Source: Candidatus Sumerlaeia bacterium (GTDB lineage Bacteria > Sumerlaeota > Sumerlaeia > SLMS01). Taken from it: a DNA stretch of 53,047 nucleotides. Shown piece by piece: positions 47,701 to 53,047 of the stretch (position 1 is its first letter; the number at the start of each line of letters is the position of its first letter). The notes beneath the pieces are model-generated. The model was given only the letters and a program-made list of their open reading frames with translations. It was not told the DNA's origin and ran no database searches. The stretch lies in assembly GCA_038208905.1 (NCBI GenBank), contig JBBQYG010000007.1:1-53047 (forward strand). The letters run 5' to 3'. The position numbers and the translations under genes were made by a program.

Positions 47701-48421
47701 CGTCGGTCGCGCTGGTGAAAGGCACATCGCGGGTAAAGTCTCCGCTCGCGATCGATTCCACCGAGGATTGAAGACCGCGAATCGGGTAAATGATGCGCCT
47801 GAACGTGACGAATCCGAGAACCCCCGAGAGCGCCATGGAAAGGGCGATGGCGAGGAGCAGATTGTATCGCGACCGCTGGATGCTGGCGATCGCGTCCTTG
47901 CCGGCCTCTGTCGCCAATGCCTCGTTGAAGCTAATCCAGCTCGACTCTACCTTGCTCAATTCGTGGCTTAGGTCCGTCACCACGCCCGATACCATCGCAT
48001 TGGCGGACTCCTCATCGCCTGCCATCTTCATGGACATCGCCTGCTCGGCGGCAGTTTTCCATTCCCGGTTAAGGGCGGTGAACTCAGCGAGATAGTTGCG
48101 GCCCTTGTCCCCGGTAATCCAAGCATTGGCGTAGTCATCCAACAATCGGCGAAGCTCGGCGGCCTCGCTCTCATACTCGGCGCGGGATTCCGTTCGCCGG
48201 GCGAGGTCGCTCGTCAGGATGAAGTCGCGCACGCTGACTCGCATTTCGCCCGATTGCTTGGCGATGTCGCCAAGCCGGGCCAGCGCGACCAAGCGGGACT
48301 CGGCAACGAACCGGGTGCGGTTCTCCACGCGGGCCATTTGTTGGTGGGTGATGATCCCTATGCCGACCAGGATCAGGAGAGGTGCCACCACCAAGAGAGT
48401 TAGTCGTCCGGCGATCGTCAT
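44792..48421 (-). CDS. Membrane hybrid sensor kinase (four-helix sensor-HAMP-GAF-HisKA-HATPase-REC-REC-Hpt)
   Basis: Two TM segments, HAMP, GAF (GEGLVGECA), [42 protein letters not shown], Hpt [12 protein letters not shown]. Start is ATG 48421. Confidence 0.95.
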   Translation of the reverse strand: MTIAGRLTLLVVAPLLILVGIGIITHQQMARVENRTRFVAESRLVALARLGDIAKQSGEMRVSVRDFILTSDLARRTESRAEYESEAAELRRLLDDYANAWITGDKGRNYLAEFTALNREWKTAAEQAMSMKMAGDEESANAMVSGVVTDLSHELSKVESSWISFNEALATEAGKDAIASIQRSRYNLLLAIALSMALSGVLGFVTFRRIIYPIRGLQSSVESIASGDFTRDVPFTSATDESGALARSIEVLKRGAATTEEMRKTKAGAARLTLQLQDASTLAEFGQRLISGLVPELGGGVAAFYTFEEGPERLRRVASYGLNDAGKARETLAIGEGLVGECARERRPLTLCHLPAGYSPISSGLGSATPSQAMAWPLVSQGALLAVIEVATFRPLKAHEEALIHELLPVVGTSLTILQRNLRTEELLAQTQEQARLLEIQTAEVLAAKEKAEDATKTKSHFLANMSHEIRTPMNAIIGLSHLALKTSLAPKQRDYLNKIHNAGTSLLGVVNDILDFSKIEAGKIDIETTDFQLDEVISSVTTLTAQKANDKGLEFLAHLSPAIPEYLLGDPHRLAQTLTNFINNAIKFTERGEVRLNISLLERTGEKVQIKFAVSDTGIGMTPEQSARLFQPFTQADMSTTRKHGGTGLGLTICRRLVELMGGRVWHTSEPGVGSTFYFTVWLGVGVAKGSGKIFPERLSRLRILVVDDNAAAREILQEPLDAIAAHVTAVSSGPEAIALIRARDASDPFDLVFMDWRMPGMDGLEASRQIKGDETISVQPAIVMVTAFGREEVREEAERLNLDGFLVKPVTKSMVVDMLVTLFGTLQSGEGEGPIESGTPEALKGARFLVVEDNEINQQIAAELLEGAGSSVRIANNGQEAVDILSKGPQPPPFEVVLMDLQMPVMDGYQATAKLRSDPRFLHLPIVAMTAHATMEERQTCLAAGMNDHVSKPIDPALLFETLARYCRARIMEPAAAAANPGPLKPPGAEVDDLACVKGLDAEDGLRRLGGNRKLYLKFLRQFVDQYCRTPTQIAEALAAGDVALAERLAHSVRGVAGNLGCGSAQHAAAALEKAIGAGMPSEQLGSEVQNFRLVLDDFCDRLRPALPPLEDTTAMAVKTPPDVAEQQRVLAEMTEYLTNFDSAAVDCLEANRESFRAMMGNEPLAAFEKEVGEFSLAEALLRLQGATGNMALAAPTPDSNIMGGSA

Positions 48422-48798
48422 GTCTTGAAGCCTCGGTCTTGGAGTGCCGAAAAGCCCGCGTGTACATCCAGACATTTCGGGCAAGGCCCGATGCGAGATC
48501 CGTCTGGAATTTGGGAGGTGAGGGTTGGGCTCTGAGCCTGACCAATGCATCATCAGGCACGGATCCGGTGGCCATGCGCCGGTTACATCGCTTCGGAGAA
48601 GCGCGGTCGACGCGCCGAAGGATTTGGCTGCTACGGCCAGAAGGTTCGGATTCCGACTTGTCAAGTGTCTCCACCTGGAGCCCGGCTTACAAGGGAAACT
48701 TCCCAAGCGGCGGCACCGGCGATCCCGCTTGCCTTCGCCGGGTTGGTGGCGCATCACCGTTTGGTGTGGCAACTTCCACGAGGGCACAGGCCATTTCC

Positions 48799-49557
48799 GT
48801 GACGACGCCGGTTCCCCATCGCCTCAAGCTCGATGTGTTCGAGGGCCCCCTCGACCTGCTCCTCCACCTTGTCAAAATCAACGAGATGGAGATCGCCGAC
48901 ATCCAGATCGCCGAGATCGCCCGCCAGTACATGTCCTACCTGACGATGATGGAGGACTTGGATCTGGATGTGGCGGGCGACTACCTCGTGATGGCCGCAA
49001 CACTGATGAACATCAAGAGCCGCTCGCTCCTGCCACGCGACCCTGCCGTCGAGGAAACCTCCGACGAGGAGGAAATCGACGAGATCCTGAGCACCCAGGA
49101 CCTGATCCGTCGCCTGGTGGCCTACCGCCGCATCAAGGAGCTGGCCGAGGAACTGCGCCAGAAGGAGGAGGAGAACAGCCGACTCTTCTATCGCGCTACA
49201 GTGATCCCGCTGGTCCCGGGCGCCGAGTCGGAAATGCCCCGCCAGGACATCCTGAACCTCTTCGATGCCTTTGCCCGCGTCCTCAGCCGCGTTCGCATCG
49301 ACACCGAGCACCATGTTCAGGCCGAGGCCTACTCGGTGGAGGACAAGGTTGTCGAGGTCCGGGAGAAGCTGCGGACAAACAAGCAACTCAACTTCAGCCG
49401 CATCTTCGAGACCTGCGTGTCCAAGGCGGAAGTGGTGTGCTACTTCCTCGCAATCCTGGAACTTGCGCGCATGCGGGAAATTACGCTGGCCCAGGCCGAC
49501 GCCTTCGAGGATATCCTCGTTGAACCTTGGGATGACAAAGTGATCTACGTTGGCTGA
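48799..49557 (+). CDS. scpA: Segregation and condensation protein A
   Basis: [36 protein letters not shown] start at 48799. Confidence 0.95.
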   Translation: MTTPVPHRLKLDVFEGPLDLLLHLVKINEMEIADIQIAEIARQYMSYLTMMEDLDLDVAGDYLVMAATLMNIKSRSLLPRDPAVEETSDEEEIDEILSTQDLIRRLVAYRRIKELAEELRQKEEENSRLFYRATVIPLVPGAESEMPRQDILNLFDAFARVLSRVRIDTEHHVQAEAYSVEDKVVEVREKLRTNKQLNFSRIFETCVSKAEVVCYFLAILELARMREITLAQADAFEDILVEPWDDKVIYVG

Positions 49558-50230
49558 CGAGCAGACGGACCTCCTACATAACGTTGACGGGTTGGCCCCG
49601 GCAGAGCTGGAAGGCCTCGATCCTGAACTCCCCGTGCCCCGCGGAGAGGAAGTAACCGCCGTGCTGGAGGCGCTCCTCTTCGCCTCCAACACGCCGATGA
49701 GCGTCGAGAAGCTCTCGATCCTGATGAATGGCGTTCCGGAGGAGGAAGTCGTGACCGCGCTCGCCGAATTGCGCGCGCGCTACAACGACGCCACCTGCGG
49801 CCTGGTGATCATGGAAATCGCCGGTGGATGGCAGACCGCCACGCGGCCCGAGGTGGCCGATTGGGTCCTGCGCCTCCACAAGCACCGCCGCCGCGCGGTG
49901 CTGTCCCCCTCGCTCATGGAATCCCTCGCGATCGTGGCCTACAAGCAGCCGATCACGCGCGCGGAAATCGAGGCGATCCGCGGCGTCGATTGCGGCACGG
50001 CGCTGCGCTCGCTTCAGGACGCCGGCCTCGTGGAAATCGTAGGCCGCAAGGAGACCCTTGGCCGCCCGCCCATCTACGGCACCACGGAAGTCTTCCTCAA
50101 GTCCTTCGGCCTGAAGGGAATCGACGACCTTCCATCGGTCGGAGAACTTCAGTCCGTCCTCTCCGCCCCAATGAAGTCGCCCGATGCACCGCCCCCGGCG
50201 GAATCCCCTGTGGAAACAACTCCCGAATGA
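49550..50230 (+). CDS. scpB: Segregation and condensation protein B
   Basis: LEALLFA, LAIVAYKQPITRAEIEAIRGV, GRP..YGTT..FL..FGL. Confidence 0.96.
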   Translation: MADEQTDLLHNVDGLAPAELEGLDPELPVPRGEEVTAVLEALLFASNTPMSVEKLSILMNGVPEEEVVTALAELRARYNDATCGLVIMEIAGGWQTATRPEVADWVLRLHKHRRRAVLSPSLMESLAIVAYKQPITRAEIEAIRGVDCGTALRSLQDAGLVEIVGRKETLGRPPIYGTTEVFLKSFGLKGIDDLPSVGELQSVLSAPMKSPDAPPPAESPVETTPE

Positions 50231-50925
50231 TCACCCTGCGCCCGTCCCTCGAACGCGGCCACGCCATCAATAGCTGGCTCGATTCCTATCACACGTTTTC
50301 CTTCGCCAGCTATTACGACCCCGCCCACATGGGCTTTCGCAGCCTCCGCGTCATCAACGAGGACCGCGTGGCCGGCGGTGGCGGCTTTCCCGAGCACCCC
50401 CACAGCGACATGGAGATCCTCACTTGGGTGGTCGAGGGCGCGCTGGAGCACCGCGACAGCATGGGGAGCGGCTCCGTCATCCGCCCGCGCCAGATCCAGC
50501 ACATGAGCGCCGCCAGCGGCGTCACCCACAGCGAGTTCAACCACTCCCAGAAGGACCCTGTCCACCTCCTGCAAATCTGGATCAAGCCCGACCGCAAGGG
50601 CGGCGAGCCCGCCTATGGCGAGCGTGACTTCCGGGGCGATGCCATCGTGGGGCGGCTGCGGCTCCTCGCCTCGCCCGATGGCGCCGACGACTCGATCGCG
50701 ATCCGCCAGGACGCCTCCCTCCACGCCGCCGAACTCGCTCCCGGCCAGAAGATTTCCCACCACCTCGGTCGAGAGCGACACGGTTGGCTTCAGGTCGTCC
50801 GCGGCAAGCTGACGCTCAACGCCACCGCACTCTCCGCCGGCGACGGCGCGGCCATCAGCAGCGAGGACGACCTGGAAATCTCGGCCGTGGATCAATGCGA
50901 GTTCCTGCTGTTTGACCTGGCGTAG
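50227..50925 (+). CDS. Pirin family protein (YhhW-like)
   Basis: WLDSYHTFSF, LRVINED, HPHSDMEI, HRDSMG, HSEFN, LQIW. ATGA overlap with scpB. Confidence 0.95.
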   Translation: MITLRPSLERGHAINSWLDSYHTFSFASYYDPAHMGFRSLRVINEDRVAGGGGFPEHPHSDMEILTWVVEGALEHRDSMGSGSVIRPRQIQHMSAASGVTHSEFNHSQKDPVHLLQIWIKPDRKGGEPAYGERDFRGDAIVGRLRLLASPDGADDSIAIRQDASLHAAELAPGQKISHHLGRERHGWLQVVRGKLTLNATALSAGDGAAISSEDDLEISAVDQCEFLLFDLA

Positions 50926-50934
50926 CGCCCGTCC

Positions 50935-51393
50935 GTGGCTATCGACCTGCTCGCAGAGCTGAAGCGCATCGTCGCGGGGCTCGACGTGGCGGGACTGGAC
51001 TACGCGGTTTGCGGAGGGCTGGCCGTCGCGATTCATGGATTCGTCCGTGCAACGGAGGACATCGATCTCGTCATACGGCGGCGGGATATTGCTGCCGTTA
51101 AGGGTCTCCTTCGATCTGAAGGGTACGTCTTCGACCTCGGCGCGATTCCACTCCCCCGTGTCGGTCTCGAATTCTGGCTACTGTCACGAAGTATGGAGGA
51201 AGTGGCGCTTCCGGTTGATTTGCTGCCGCTGGGGGACGGTCATCCGTTCTGGAGCCACCGTGCCCTCGTTGAGCTGAGAGGCAGCAGTATCTGGGTGCTC
51301 GGCAAGTCCGCCCTGATTGAAATGAAGGAAGCTTCGCAGCGTGGAAAAGACAGAATCGACATCGAGGAACTCCGCGCTCAGTCCACAGACTAA
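50935..51393 (+). CDS. Pol-beta-superfamily nucleotidyltransferase (DUF6036-like)
   Basis: YAVCGGLAVAIHGFVRATEDIDL, PVDLL, LIEMK..RGKDRIDIEEL. Confidence 0.85.
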   Translation: MAIDLLAELKRIVAGLDVAGLDYAVCGGLAVAIHGFVRATEDIDLVIRRRDIAAVKGLLRSEGYVFDLGAIPLPRVGLEFWLLSRSMEEVALPVDLLPLGDGHPFWSHRALVELRGSSIWVLGKSALIEMKEASQRGKDRIDIEELRAQSTD

Positions 51394-51400
51394 AGTGGAC

Positions 51401-51541
51401 ATGTCGCCAGAGGCCATCGAACGCAGGCTGATACTCCTCGGCGCAGTTTCCGAACTGGGCATTCACCTGCGCGATGGCGTTCGCGTGATCCCGCCGGAAG
51501 AGGTCGAAGCGAGGCTCGCTCGCGACAAGGCCGACAAGTAG
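51401..51541 (+). CDS. Small helical partner protein of the nucleotidyltransferase
   Basis: MSPEAIERRLILLGAVSELGIHLRDG; begins a few bases after the NTase stop. Start may be GTG 51395. Confidence 0.55.
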   Translation: MSPEAIERRLILLGAVSELGIHLRDGVRVIPPEEVEARLARDKADK

Positions 51542-51550
51542 ATCACAGCC

Positions 51551-53047
51551 TCACCGCTCCGCATTCCAATACCCGCCCAACACCAACTCCGCCCGCCGGA
51601 TGTTCTTGAAGTCGCGCACCTCGCGGTCGAAATCCGCGCGACGACCTTCGCGGCGATAGATCTGCGCCGACTGGCCGAACTCGAAGGCACGATAGCGCGA
51701 ACCGCGGGCCTGATCGTCGATTTGCAGGAACAGGTGACACGCCGCCCACACCGTCAGGAATACAAGGGGCATCGCGGGGTTCCGCGCGCGCTGGTCCCAC
51801 GCAAGCACCAGCGCCCCCGCGATGGCGAGGCTCGCGCACAGGTGCAGTGGCGCGCGGTCGCCGCCGGCGGGGGAGAACAGCAGCGCGTGGAGCACCAGGA
51901 TCGACAGCGTCGCCGTCAGCGCGCCCGGCAGCCGCCTCCAGTAGAGCAGAAACAGCACCGCCGCCCACCCGAGCCCGGCGACCATGTCGGGGCCCAGCGT
52001 CGTCATTCTCAGCGTCTCCGCGCGGCGCGCCATGTAGTCGAAACTGAAGGACCACGATTGATCCCGCGCACCCAGCGTTTCGCGCAGCTTGCGGGAAAGA
52101 ATTCGCGGCAGGGCCTCGCGGTGGGCAGACTGCGAAAGGCTCAGGCGAAGCGTCGTCAGGAAGTTTCCCTCCGCCGCGCGCAGCACCGTCAGGTCATCGG
52201 GAAGGTCCACCAGCGCATGGGCCCCCGGGTGCAGCGTCCGGGCGAAGTCCCACGCGGGCGCGCCCACCACCGGCATCGGAGACGCGCCTGCGGCCACGTT
52301 CCGCGCGGAAAGCCCCGTCGCCGCCACCGCGATCGGCAACGCCCACGCGGCCAACGTCGCGGGCTTTAGCGGTACACGCCATGCCAGCGCCGCCACCGGA
52401 GCCAGCAGCACCCCCCACCAGAAGAACGGCCGCGTCCAGATCGCCAGCGCCGTCGCGAGGCCAAGGAGCAGCCACTCCGCCGGGTTCCCCGCCCCATCGC
52501 GGACCCGCAACAGGCACAGCACCACCAGACCCAGCGCCAGCGCCTCCCACATCCACGGACCCGGCACCACCGCCAGCACCACCAGGTTTTGGTTGGAGGC
52601 CGCCAGCAGCCCCGCAATCAGCCCCGCGCGCCGGTCGCGAAAGAGCCGCGCGCCCGCCTCCGCCGCCACAACCGCCAGCGCCGCCCCCGCCAGGAGCGAC
52701 AGCATCTGGTACAGCGCCATGCTCCCCGAATCCGCAAAGCTCTCCGCCATCAGGTACAGCTCCACAGCCCCCCGCGGCAGATTCCGCCCGCCCAGGCTGT
52801 CCCACTCCGCCTCCGCCGCCAACTCCTCCATCCCCGGCACCGGCAGCATATTGCCGCCCCGCGCGATCCAGTCCGCGTCCAGCACCATGCGCTCCGCCCG
52901 GGCCGCATAGAACCACGGGTCCGTCCCCACCCACTCCGCCAGCCGCCCGAAGGGGGCCCCCGCCACATTCAGGTACACCAGAAACCGACACAGCAACGCC
53001 AACCCGAACAACGCCACCAACGCCACGCTCCACCGCCGAGACTCATC
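51551..53047 (-). CDS. GT-C-like membrane glycosyltransferase (5' end possibly outside window)
   Basis: TDPWFY, many TM segments, LAIWTRP, RN. The frame stays open from GTG 53026 to the window edge. Confidence 0.65.
   Translation of the reverse strand, partial: DESRRWSVALVALFGLALLCRFLVYLNVAGAPFGRLAEWVGTDPWFYAARAERMVLDADWIARGGNMLPVPGMEELAAEAEWDSLGGRNLPRGAVELYLMAESFADSGSMALYQMLSLLAGAALAVVAAEAGARLFRDRRAGLIAGLLAASNQNLVVLAVVPGPWMWEALALGLVVLCLLRVRDGAGNPAEWLLLGLATALAIWTRPFFWWGVLLAPVAALAWRVPLKPATLAAWALPIAVAATGLSARNVAAGASPMPVVGAPAWDFARTLHPGAHALVDLPDDLTVLRAAEGNFLTTLRLSLSQSAHREALPRILSRKLRETLGARDQSWSFSFDYMARRAETLRMTTLGPDMVAGLGWAAVLFLLYWRRLPGALTATLSILVLHALLFSPAGGDRAPLHLCASLAIAGALVLAWDQRARNPAMPLVFLTVWAACHLFLQIDDQARGSRYRAFEFGQSAQIYRREGRRADFDREVRDFKNIRRAELVLGGYWNAER

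Noticed and set aside
48422-48798. N-terminal extensions of the sensor kinase and ScpA
   Set aside because: They overlap each other head-to-head with no domain signal; treated as a divergent intergenic region.
52500-53040. Extreme C/A-rich strand skew at the right end
   Set aside because: Explained by Gly/Ala/Val/Leu/Trp codons of a membrane protein on the minus strand, not a repeat element.

Overview
GC-rich bacterial chromosomal window. The pilin-like gene signature suggests Candidatus Sumerlaeota/BRC1, but this is inference only. No rRNA, tRNA, CRISPR array or intact mobile element was seen. From left to right: (1) a minus-strand cluster of a pilin-like gene, DUF6305, a CapD-like gamma-glutamyltransferase, a tandem double-psi-barrel/thioredoxin-like protein, a TRAP/IT-type permease, a 48-aa membrane protein, an M14-like deacylase and a CapB/PgsB-like ligase that runs off the left edge and is absent from the ORF track. 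(2) Divergently, a degenerate tyrosine-recombinase/Sel1 fusion, a secreted hydrolase-LamG protein and a GT-C glycosyltransferase. (3) An orphan DUF104 antitoxin with a deleted PIN toxin. (4) A minus-strand run of XPB helicase, helicase-associated WYL protein, rph, an RND pump, photolyase and a lipoprotein. (5) A methyltransferase pair followed by a toxin-antitoxin-SecB chaperone (TAC) triplet. (6) MFS, stand-alone fusA, rplU-rpmA, hflX coupled to a sigma-54 activator, a candidate structured sRNA, an FHA-GAF-HD-GYP protein and mreB. (7) A PLP aldolase, a GT-C protein, a three-gene phosphorelay, scpAB, pirin, a nucleotidyltransferase with a small partner, and another GT-C protein. The best candidates for new biology are the poly-gamma-glutamate-like synthesis/turnover locus, the TAC module, the candidate sigma-54 sRNA and the dead-integrase-Sel1 fusion. 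All family calls come from motif recognition by eye, not from database searches.
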